Source: Eubacteriales bacterium
GTDB lineage: Bacteria > Bacillota > Clostridia > Oscillospirales > CAG-272
Reading direction: 5' to 3'
Length of the DNA stretch: 64,000 nucleotides
NCBI GenBank assembly: GCA_045605765.1
Contig: JAZUQQ010000057.1
Coordinates: forward strand, 49,421-113,420
The number at the start of each line of letters is the position of its first letter. Positions within the stretch are counted from its first letter, which is position 1. The notes under the pieces are model-generated. The model was not told where the DNA came from, did no database searches, and saw only the letters and a list, made by a program, of their open reading frames with translations. Shown one piece after another: positions 46,612-54,078 of the stretch. The position numbers were made by a program, and so were the translations under genes.

Positions 46612-46661
46612 TTGTCAATTTCCCAAGCTGTATTGACAAATCGGCAGAAATGTGGTACAAT
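46612..46661 (+). promoter_or_regulatory. consensus extended -10 promoter with overlapping palindromic operator
   Basis: TTGACA (46633-46638)-17 nt-TACAAT (46656-46661), preceded by TGG. The palindrome TTGTCAAT-N12-ATTGACAA (46612-46639) overlaps the -35. A third TTGACAA lies at 46567. Confidence 0.75.
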
Positions 46662-46667
46662 ATACAC

Positions 46668-46822
46668 GCTACACAAATTGCATATGTTTATCCGATGAAG
46701 GGAAAATACTTTGGCAAAAAGTGTTTTCTCTCTTTCCTCATACCTTCATCGGTTAGGCATTTGTGTAGCAACAATGAGAGGGAGGCATTTTTTCGGTGCG
46801 TTCCTCCGGGAGCGCACTTTTT
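46668..46822 (+). promoter_or_regulatory. structured 5' leader ending in an intrinsic terminator (attenuator / candidate riboswitch of unknown class)
   Basis: Nested helices: GCTACACAAAT/ATTTGTGTAGC (46668-78 / 46759-69), CCGATGAAGG/CCTTCATCGG (46692-701 / 46743-52) and GAAAATAC/GTGTTTTC (46702-09 / 46721-28). Next come a purine tract GAGAGGGAGG and the terminator GTGCGTTCC-tccg-GGAGCGCAC + TTTTT (46796-46822). The RBS GAGGGAG and the ATG at 46841 follow. Confidence 0.6.
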
Positions 46823-46840
46823 ATATACTGAGGGAGATAT

Positions 46841-47167
46841 ATGAACAATAATGATATACCAAGAAAAATAATAGATATTACCGGCGTAGAACTTACACCC
46901 GGAGAGCCTGCCGTTTGTCTTGGCAACGGAGAGCAAGGTTTTGAGTGTTGTTGCGATGAGTGCGACTACTATTTGCTTTGTTTTCCCGAATTTGATCCAA
47001 AAAGCAAAAGAATTAACAAAACAAAAATCCCACACACCTACTATGACAAAAGTAACGCAAAGGCACTTTTGACATCTGCATATCAAAAGCCTATGCGTTA
47101 CCTTCCGGGAGGTAGAAAAAAGCCTCCCTTGTATATGAACAAGGGAGGTGGCACGGCAATGCCGTGA
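46841..47167 (+). CDS. small cysteine-rich protein (108 aa ORF; conserved-looking core ~55 aa)
   Basis: GAGGGAG RBS 4 nt upstream. The core reads ITGVELTPGEPAVCLGNGEQGFECCCDECDYYLLCFPEFD. The C-terminal half is basic and low-complexity, and it overlaps strong hairpins, so the true end is uncertain. Confidence 0.5.
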   Translation: MNNNDIPRKIIDITGVELTPGEPAVCLGNGEQGFECCCDECDYYLLCFPEFDPKSKRINKTKIPHTYYDKSNAKALLTSAYQKPMRYLPGGRKKPPLYMNKGGGTAMP

Positions 47168-47545
47168 CGGAGGGATTGTAAAAGTAAAAACTTATTGTAA
47201 AACAATCCCTCATTCGCTTTGCGACAGCTCCCTTTACACAAGGCGAGCCTTTTGTTTGTGCAAACCTATTTGTTTGCAAATAGCCATAAGTTTTTGTAGT
47301 CCTTAATTCAGCCTTTCGAACCACTGCATTTGTGGACGCATATGCGAAAGTTATATGCCTAGCACGGCTCGGTGTGATATTGTCGCAAGGCGACAGTGAT
47401 ATGAAAGCCTGTGACTTTCGTGATATTATATTCGCCATCTCAACTCGCTAGTGAATAACACTAGGCATCAGCCGAATATCACTGCGCATCTGCTCTATAG
47501 CAGGTGCGCGTGAGAGTTCCTTTTTTCATATCAGATTGATATTTA
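47123..47545 (+). other. hairpin-dense untranslated region with TGATAT hexamer array (candidate structured RNA or protein-binding array)
   Basis: At least 9 local hairpins, including 10-bp stems at 47123-48 and 47170-211, a GAAA-capped stem at 47338-58 and an 11-bp stem at 47484-509 followed by T6. There is a long-range complement ATGCCTAG/CTAGGCAT (47355-62 / 47461-68). TGATAT occurs 6 times. A G-U pair in the last stem favours the + strand. Confidence 0.5.
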
Positions 47546-47575
47546 ATTTAGAAGGACTTATTATCAGCACACAGA

Positions 47576-48099
47576 TCAAACCACGATTTCGAGCTCTTTT
47601 CGGATAAATTCACCTACTTTTTCTGGCTCGATATTAAGCGAGAACGCAAACTCCTCTTTTATTATTTTTTCCGCAGAACGCAAAACAGATGCGTCCGAGT
47701 CCGACAGGCGTTTACTACTTTCCGAGAGTTCTTTACCTTTAAGATATATACATCCAATCATAAGCAAAAGCTCCTCGTGAGAACCGTTGTGAAGTATATT
47801 ATAAAAGACTGTGCACGCGTTTTTCTATCGTCTATCCAGCTTATACTATTCTCTTTTACGCCATGGAGAATATCGAGTATCTCCTTTTCGGTGAGAACGT
47901 AGCGCATTTTTGCACAGAGCGTTACGTTATCGGTAGCGACGTATATCGTTGACGCTTTGGTATTTATCTGTTCAAGAACGTAGTAATTTCTCTCGCCGAT
48001 CATCGGAGAGAGAGTCATATCCTTAATATCGTTTATCCTACATATTCCGTTTGAGCCGTAAACAACATACTCCCCTACTTTATATTTACATTTATTCAT
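47576..48099 (-). pseudogene. CarD_CdnL_TRCF-family transcription regulator, interrupted by a 1-nt frameshift
   Basis: The N-terminus MNKCKYKVGEYVVYGSNGICRINDI...YYVL is CarD-like. The frame breaks after ..DDRKTRAQSF, and the protein continues in the -1 frame (YNILHNGSHEELLLMIGCIYLKGKEL...). The junction is a T4 run (about 47803-47806 on +). GGAGG RBS present. Confidence 0.7.
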
Positions 48100-48189
48100 A
48101 AGAGAGACCTCCAAAGCAAATTATTTTGTAATAAAAAGGCGTATAGCTTACAACTGGACTTACGCCGTTAAGCTACACGCTGTGCTTGT

Positions 48190-48218
48190 ATTATAGCATA
48201 TTTTATCGCGTTTTTCAA
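48190..48218 (-). promoter_or_regulatory. sigma-A promoter of the CarD-like gene
   Basis: The minus strand reads TTGAAA-17 nt-TATAAT with extended -10 TGC. Confidence 0.7.
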
Positions 48219-48235
48219 GTCTTTTTTCAAAAAAC

Positions 48236-48269
48236 AAAAATAAAAAGCAGATGAACAAAGTTCATCTGC
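48236..48269 (-). terminator. intrinsic terminator after ftsZ
   Basis: The minus strand reads GCAGATGAAC-tttg-GTTCATCTGC followed by TTTTTATTTTT. Confidence 0.85.
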
Positions 48270-48285
48270 CCTCATTTAGCCTGAA

Positions 48286-49377
48286 TTATCTCTTCTTTGT
48301 GAAGAGGTCAACGAGTACGCCGAAATCTTCTTCGCCGTTATCGTTAGCGCTTGCCTCGGAAGCGGTCTCCTCAACGTCCTCAGCTACCTTCTTTTCCTTG
48401 TTGAAGCCTGCTGCGATGACGGTGATACGCATTTCATCGTTAAGAGACTCATCGATGTTAGCACCCCATATAATGGTTGCATCGGGATGAGCTTCCTGAG
48501 TGATCATATTGGTAGCAATATCCATCTCGTCAAGTCCGATATCAGGAGATGCGGTAATATTAACGAGAATTCCGTGTGCGCCCGAAATAGAGGTTTCGAG
48601 AAGCGGGCTGGAAATAGCGAGCTTAGCTGCTTCCTCTGCCTTATCCTTACCGGTCGAAGAACCTACACCCATATGAGCGAAACCTGCATCCTTCATAACA
48701 GTGGTAACGTCCGCGAAGTCAAGGTTAATTACTCCGAACTCGGTAATAAGATCGGAAATGCTCTGTACGCCGTGTTTGAGAACATTGTCTGCCTCAGCAA
48801 ATGCGTTGAGAAATGTGATCTTGCTCTGAGAAAGCTGTTTAAGTCTTTCGTTAGGGATAACAAGGAGCGAGTCAACATTTTCGCTAAGCTTAGCAATTCC
48901 CGCCTCTGCGTGAGTCATTCTTCTCTTCTGCTCGAAAGCAAAAGGTTTAGTAACTACTGCAACGGTAAGAATACCCATTTCACGAGCGAGCTTTGCGATA
49001 ACTGGTGCTGCGCCCGTTCCGGTTCCGCCACCCATACCTGCGGTAATAAATACCATATCTGCGCCCTTAAGAACTGCCGCGATATCCTCAGAGTTCTCCT
49101 CTGCCGCCTTGCATCCAACCTCAGGATTTCCGCCTGCACCCTGTCCCTTAGTGAGCTTTTCACCGATAGCCACCTTAGTAGCTGCCTTGGACTTTTGAAG
49201 CGCTACTTTATCAGAGTTAATTGCGATAAATTCGACGTTCTTAACTCCTGATTCTATCATTCTGTTGACAGCGTTGTTTCCTCCGCCACCGACACCGAGA
49301 ACCTTGATCTTAATGGAGAAATCAGTCTCCTGTTCTTCTTCGTTGATTACAACGTTTTCAAATGATGCGTTTGTCAT
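48286..49377 (-). CDS. ftsZ: cell division protein FtsZ
   Basis: [11 protein letters not shown], tubulin signature [11 protein letters not shown] and a C-terminal peptide [13 protein letters not shown]. Confidence 0.95.
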   Translation of the reverse strand: MTNASFENVVINEEEQETDFSIKIKVLGVGGGGNNAVNRMIESGVKNVEFIAINSDKVALQKSKAATKVAIGEKLTKGQGAGGNPEVGCKAAEENSEDIAAVLKGADMVFITAGMGGGTGTGAAPVIAKLAREMGILTVAVVTKPFAFEQKRRMTHAEAGIAKLSENVDSLLVIPNERLKQLSQSKITFLNAFAEADNVLKHGVQSISDLITEFGVINLDFADVTTVMKDAGFAHMGVGSSTGKDKAEEAAKLAISSPLLETSISGAHGILVNITASPDIGLDEMDIATNMITQEAHPDATIIWGANIDESLNDEMRITVIAAGFNKEKKVAEDVEETASEASANDNGEEDFGVLVDLFTKKR

Positions 49378-49479
49378 TTCTTATGTTCCTCCCGAACTTT
49401 TATTATGAACTTTATTTTAAAACTCCGTTGATTTTCGTTAAAGCTACACCTTACAGTATGCCTATACACTACTTCTTAT

Positions 49480-49508
49480 ATAATAAATTTATTTATTCAA
49501 CATTTCAA
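49480..49508 (-). promoter_or_regulatory. candidate sigma-A promoter for ftsZ
   Basis: The minus strand reads TTGAAA-17 nt-TATTAT, within the 206-nt ftsQ-ftsZ gap. Confidence 0.5.
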
Positions 49509-49583
49509 TGCTTTCGACAGATTATTAACAGTTTTTTTACATTTTTTAGTTCTTTTTTGAACTAAATAAGTCATTTTAGGGAT

Positions 49584-50420
49584 TTATTCTATAACCGCCG
49601 TAGCCTTATCCCAATTATAAAGATTTATATAGCCCTTTGCAGTGGTACTATACCTATCAATTATGCTTTTTGCGTTAACGAGTTTTTTATCAAATTCTTC
49701 GTTATGTTCCCCAAGAAATATATTGATCCTATTATCGTAAAATATTTTGATATCGTAAAGCTCTGAAATATCAATGCTAGTTATCTTTTCGTAAAGAGCG
49801 CTGTTACATATAAGTCTAAGCACCTTTTCGCTGCGCCTATGCGACTGATCGTCGAAAAAAACTACCGTTTTAGTCGTTTCTATCAGCTTAACATCATCGA
49901 CAAAAATGGGGATAAGCTTGTTATAATAATCTGCCGTCTTGAGTTTATTTTCATCTTCAAACAGTGCCAGCACTTTGAGTCCAGAGGATATAACGAAGTA
50001 TCTTCCGTCATATTCAAAATAAAAATTTTCTTTTTCCTCAACTATATTAATGGTAATCGTGTCGGGAAACTCTTTTTTTATACTGACCGAATCGACAAAA
50101 GGCAAATTTGCTTTTATGTTCTCTTCTATTTCCTTCTTGTTTGCGAAAAAAAGTATATCTCCTTCGGAAATTCCGCTTGCATTTCTCACGGTGTTCACAT
50201 CGTAATTTTGCTCCTGATAAACAGTCATATTGACTATTATACTGTCTATCGAGAAAAATGTTTTTGCTATCAGAAAAAGTACGAGAAGCAGAACGAGCAC
50301 GACTATAACGAAATATGCCACCCTAGTAGCTATTCTTAATCTTTGCCTATGGCTTTTTGCGCTGAATATTTTCGCTCGATCCCGTGGTGACGGACGATTT
50401 TTTTCCTCGTTTTGATCCAT
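49584..50420 (-). CDS. ftsQ: FtsQ/DivIB-type cell division protein (POTRA domain)
   Basis: N-terminal TM followed by a POTRA-like segment (IDSIIVN...VRNASGISEGDILFF...LPFVDSVSIKKEFPDTITINIVEE). Its position in the dcw cluster supports the call. Confidence 0.8.
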   Translation of the reverse strand: MDQNEEKNRPSPRDRAKIFSAKSHRQRLRIATRVAYFVIVVLVLLLVLFLIAKTFFSIDSIIVNMTVYQEQNYDVNTVRNASGISEGDILFFANKKEIEENIKANLPFVDSVSIKKEFPDTITINIVEEKENFYFEYDGRYFVISSGLKVLALFEDENKLKTADYYNKLIPIFVDDVKLIETTKTVVFFDDQSHRRSEKVLRLICNSALYEKITSIDISELYDIKIFYDNRINIFLGEHNEEFDKKLVNAKSIIDRYSTTAKGYINLYNWDKATAVIE

Positions 50421-50447
50421 GTTTTAAATTCCTTTTATTTGTCTGGT

Positions 50448-51563
50448 TTAGGTTTTAGAAAGCTCTTTTATCTTCTTATAGATGATCTCGTCCCCGTCAT
50501 CAACTGCAAATCTTCTGACATTTCTTCCCATAGCTTCAAGCTTTTTAGGGTCTGAGAAAAGCTTTGATATTTCTTCTTCGAGACGCTCAGCAGAAAGCTC
50601 GCTGTCTCTCATAACCACAGCTGCATCTGCATCGGCAAGTAGCTTTGCATTCTTATACTGCTGATCGTTTGTAACGTGCGGCGAAGGTACGAGCACCGAA
50701 GGTTTCCCTATCGCGGCAAGCTCAGCAAGAGTTGATGCACCGCTTCTGCATATAACGATATCCGAGGCAAGCATCTGCTCGGGCATATCGTAAATATATT
50801 CTACGAGCTTACAGTTGGAATATTTTTCAAGACCCTTTTCCTTGAACGCCTTAAACGCGCCCTCGTTATTACGAGAGCCTGCCGAGTGTATATGACAGAT
50901 CTCGGGATGCTTTGAAACGTACCTGTCCATAAATTCAACGATCGCTTCGTTGAGATGCGCTGCTCCGAGACTTCCTCCGAAGGACAGTATCGTATACTTG
51001 TATTTTCCGCCAACTCCGAGTTTTTTTATTGCCTGCTGTCTTGTCATAGTACTGAAAAGACTGTTTATCGGCATTCCGGTATGAATGACCTGTGCTTTTT
51101 CACCGTCGAGATATTTGCCGGTTTCCTTAAAATTGACGAAAACCACGTCGGCTTTATTTTTGAGCATTTTAACAGCAAAACCGGGAACTGCGTTTGCCTC
51201 GTGAAGAGCGCATGGGATACCGAGACTTGCGGCCGCACTTGCTACCGGCCAAGTGACGTATCCTCCCGTTCCGATAACGATGTCGGGCTTTATTTTTGCA
51301 AGAAGCGCTCTGCTTTTTATGTACGAGGTACAAGCAAAAAGTGCCGCGGCTATATTTTGCGGATGAAGGCTTCTTTTAAGTCCGAGAACAAGTATTCGGT
51401 GAAGCTTATATCCGTTTCGCGGAACGAGCTTATATTCAAGTCCTTTTTTCGTTCCGATAAATTCTATCTCACTGTCAGGTTCATATTTTTTTATTATTCC
51501 CGCTATACTGAGTGCGGGATTGACATGTCCTGCGGTTCCTCCGCCTGTCATTACAACTTTCAT
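50448..51563 (-). CDS. murG: UDP-N-acetylglucosamine--N-acetylmuramyl-(pentapeptide) pyrophosphoryl-undecaprenol GlcNAc transferase
   Basis: GGTAGHVNPAL motif, 371 aa, dcw context. Confidence 0.92.
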   Translation of the reverse strand: MKVVMTGGGTAGHVNPALSIAGIIKKYEPDSEIEFIGTKKGLEYKLVPRNGYKLHRILVLGLKRSLHPQNIAAALFACTSYIKSRALLAKIKPDIVIGTGGYVTWPVASAAASLGIPCALHEANAVPGFAVKMLKNKADVVFVNFKETGKYLDGEKAQVIHTGMPINSLFSTMTRQQAIKKLGVGGKYKYTILSFGGSLGAAHLNEAIVEFMDRYVSKHPEICHIHSAGSRNNEGAFKAFKEKGLEKYSNCKLVEYIYDMPEQMLASDIVICRSGASTLAELAAIGKPSVLVPSPHVTNDQQYKNAKLLADADAAVVMRDSELSAERLEEEISKLFSDPKKLEAMGRNVRRFAVDDGDEIIYKKIKELSKT

Positions 51564-51571
51564 TGATGGTA

Positions 51572-52957
51572 TTACCTTTCAGATTTTCCCTTTCGTGGGA
51601 TTCGTTTTTTGTCGGTCTCATAAACGGGAGTATATTTTGATATGCAAAGAAGTATTCCCATTTCTATAAACAAGAAAATAAGTGAAGATCCTCCCGCGCT
51701 AAAAAACGGAAGCGAGATTCCCGTATTTGGAATAAGTCCGGTAACGACCGCAATATTAAGTATAGCTTGAAATCCAACGTGTGCTGAGATTCCGGTAGCA
51801 GTGACCGCACAAAAAACATCAGGAGAGTTTCTTGCTATATGCAGACCTCTTGCAACAAACGCCATATAGAGTCCTATAACTGTTACAGCACCGATAAATC
51901 CCATTTCTTCACACACTATCGCGAATATAAAGTCGTTCTGAGGCATTGATACAAACAGATGCTTTTGAAGACTTTGACCGAATCCGCGTCCGAAGAAGCC
52001 TCCCGAGCCTATTGCGATCTGACCCTGAATGGTCTGCCAAAGCTCATCTCTGGTGCTGTAATTTTCCGGATGAAGCCAGCTATCCACGCGAACGAACATA
52101 TAATTCGGAACGAGAGCTTTTACTTCATCCGGCTTATTGGTTACGGCGAATATTACAAAAGCGACGGCTGCCACCACGAAAATCGCAAAAGCAACAGTCC
52201 AAACCTTTGGAGAACCGTTACTCCAAAGTATAGCAAATCCGATCAAGAAAAGAATAATTGCTCCCGAAAGATGGTTTTCAAGAAGAACTAGTAAACAGGA
52301 AACTCCAATTATAGCGGCAGGAATAAACGTTCCGAACAAGCTTGCCTTCCAAAAGGCTTTTTTTGTGCGTACGTTTGAATGTATCGTGCTTTTAAATTTG
52401 CTTGAAAACCACGCCACCATAAGTATCATTGTTATCTTCATAAACTCGGACGGCTGGAATGATACGGGTCCTATATAGATCCATCTTTTCGCATCGCCCT
52501 CGGAAACTCCGATAATAAGAACGAGAAGAAGCAAGACAAGCGCAAGTGCATATGCAGGCAACGTTCCTAGCTTTATTATCTTATATCCGAACATAGTTAT
52601 AACAAGCATTATACTGATACCAAGCACTAAAAAAATCGCTTGACGTATCGCAAAATGCGCGCCGTTTCCCATATATGTAAGAGCATAAACATAGCTCGAC
52701 GAATATACCATTATAAGTCCGAAAAAGGAAAGCAGCAGTATTATTATAAACATAGGACGGTCAAATCCGTGAACATAGGTATAGACCCTTGAACTCACGG
52801 GAGTACTTGCCGTCTCAGGCTTTTTCTTTTCCGCAAAAGGCACTCTCAGAGACATGTCTCCGGTCTTCTCTACTGCGGTCATCTCGGTATTCTTTTTCTC
52901 TTTTTTATTTTCTTTATTTTTCGAAAAAAAATCCGATATCTTCTTTAACTTTTTCAA
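51572..52957 (-). CDS. ftsW: SEDS family peptidoglycan polymerase FtsW/SpoVE
   Basis: Polytopic SEDS pattern (..PSEFMKI.., ..LPFFSAGGSS..) with a ~60-aa Lys-rich N-terminal extension. Confidence 0.9.
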   Translation of the reverse strand: MKKLKKISDFFSKNKENKKEKKNTEMTAVEKTGDMSLRVPFAEKKKPETASTPVSSRVYTYVHGFDRPMFIIILLLSFFGLIMVYSSSYVYALTYMGNGAHFAIRQAIFLVLGISIMLVITMFGYKIIKLGTLPAYALALVLLLLVLIIGVSEGDAKRWIYIGPVSFQPSEFMKITMILMVAWFSSKFKSTIHSNVRTKKAFWKASLFGTFIPAAIIGVSCLLVLLENHLSGAIILFLIGFAILWSNGSPKVWTVAFAIFVVAAVAFVIFAVTNKPDEVKALVPNYMFVRVDSWLHPENYSTRDELWQTIQGQIAIGSGGFFGRGFGQSLQKHLFVSMPQNDFIFAIVCEEMGFIGAVTVIGLYMAFVARGLHIARNSPDVFCAVTATGISAHVGFQAILNIAVVTGLIPNTGISLPFFSAGGSSLIFLFIEMGILLCISKYTPVYETDKKRIPRKGKSER

Positions 52958-53006
52958 AACTACTCTCCTTCCCTAAAATTTATTACCGTTGTCTTATATT
53001 ATACAA

Positions 53007-54005
53007 CTATGCTTTAGGAATTTCAAGTCCAAACCACGCAATAACACAGAAAACGAGCGTAACTATCGAAAAGGCGAAAACGATCTTTATCTCGCTCCAA
53101 GAGCTTTTTTCAAAGTGGTGATGTATGGGAGTCATTTTGAAAAGACGCTTGCCGTGGGTAAGCTTGAAATATCCGACTTGAAGTATTACAGAAAAGCTCT
53201 CAACAAGATAAATAATACCTACTGGGAAAATTATCATCGGGTTATCGAGCATATACGCCATCGCAACGACCATACCGCCAAGATAAAGCGAACCCGTATC
53301 CCCCATAAATATCCTTGCGGGATAAAAGTTATATACCAAAAATCCGAGTGTCGCACCTATAACGAGAGCCGAGAGAACCGACAGATCGAATATATTGCAG
53401 GCGAAAGCGGCAAGGGCGAAAAATCCACCAACTACGAAGGTAACACTAGATGCAAGACCGTCAAGTCCGTCGGTAAGATTGACACTGTTTACAAATCCCG
53501 TTATAAGGATGAGCGAGAAAACGTAGTAAAACCAACCCATATCCCAAGTTTTATCTACGAAAGGAATATAGATCTCGGTAGTCATACCGCCGCTTAATGT
53601 CATAAAGAAAAGGAAAAGGCCTGCACAAATGAGTTGAAGCATATATTTTTGTACAGCCGTCAGACCTTCATTCTGCTTTTTGAATATCTTTGCCCTATCG
53701 TCTATTATTCCGATAACACCGTTGGAAATTGCAAAAAGGAAACAAATGATCAGTTTCATTATATCTCCCACAAGCCCGCTGAAATATGCAACAGGAATCA
53801 TAACTGCAAAAACTATAATATTTGCAATAATAAAGGCAAGACCACCCATAGTGGGAGTTCCCTCTTTGTTTTTATGCCATCTCGGACCTATATCGAGAAT
53901 TTTCTGTCCTACTTTAAGACTTTTCAGTTTAGGTATAAGCACCCTTGATATAACAGCGGTCAAAACGAAGGATGATACCGCGATGATAAAAAAACATATA
54001 AGCAT
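53007..54005 (-). CDS. mraY: phospho-N-acetylmuramoyl-pentapeptide transferase
   Basis: 332 aa with motifs GTPTMGG, NLTDGLDGLA and HHHFE. Confidence 0.93.
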   Translation of the reverse strand: MLICFFIIAVSSFVLTAVISRVLIPKLKSLKVGQKILDIGPRWHKNKEGTPTMGGLAFIIANIIVFAVMIPVAYFSGLVGDIMKLIICFLFAISNGVIGIIDDRAKIFKKQNEGLTAVQKYMLQLICAGLFLFFMTLSGGMTTEIYIPFVDKTWDMGWFYYVFSLILITGFVNSVNLTDGLDGLASSVTFVVGGFFALAAFACNIFDLSVLSALVIGATLGFLVYNFYPARIFMGDTGSLYLGGMVVAMAYMLDNPMIIFPVGIIYLVESFSVILQVGYFKLTHGKRLFKMTPIHHHFEKSSWSEIKIVFAFSIVTLVFCVIAWFGLEIPKA

Positions 54006-54078
54006 TTACTTTTCCTCCTCTTTAGTTTTTGGAAGCCACCGCCTGCTTTCGGCTTTCGTTATCCTTTGTATTTGATAT

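Noticed and set aside
47338-47358. GAAA-capped bulged hairpin considered as a group II intron domain V
   Set aside because: It has only 8 bp with a 1-nt bulge, whereas domain V has about 14 bp with a 2-nt bulge and an AGC triad. No flanking intron domains, IEP/RT ORF or 5' GUGYG were seen.
47091-47438. 115-aa minus-strand ORF in the hairpin-dense region
   Set aside because: It has no RBS and an implausible composition, and it spans multiple perfect palindromes. The region is better explained as non-coding.
47123-47545. Checked whether this RNA-like region is tmRNA, RNase P RNA, SRP RNA, a retron msr/msd or a type III antitoxin repeat
   Set aside because: The conserved cores I know are absent (tmRNA tRNA-like end, RNase P GGAAAGUCC, SRP domain IV). 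No adjacent reverse transcriptase or toxin gene is present, and there are no tandem ~36-nt repeats. It therefore stays unclassified as a finding.
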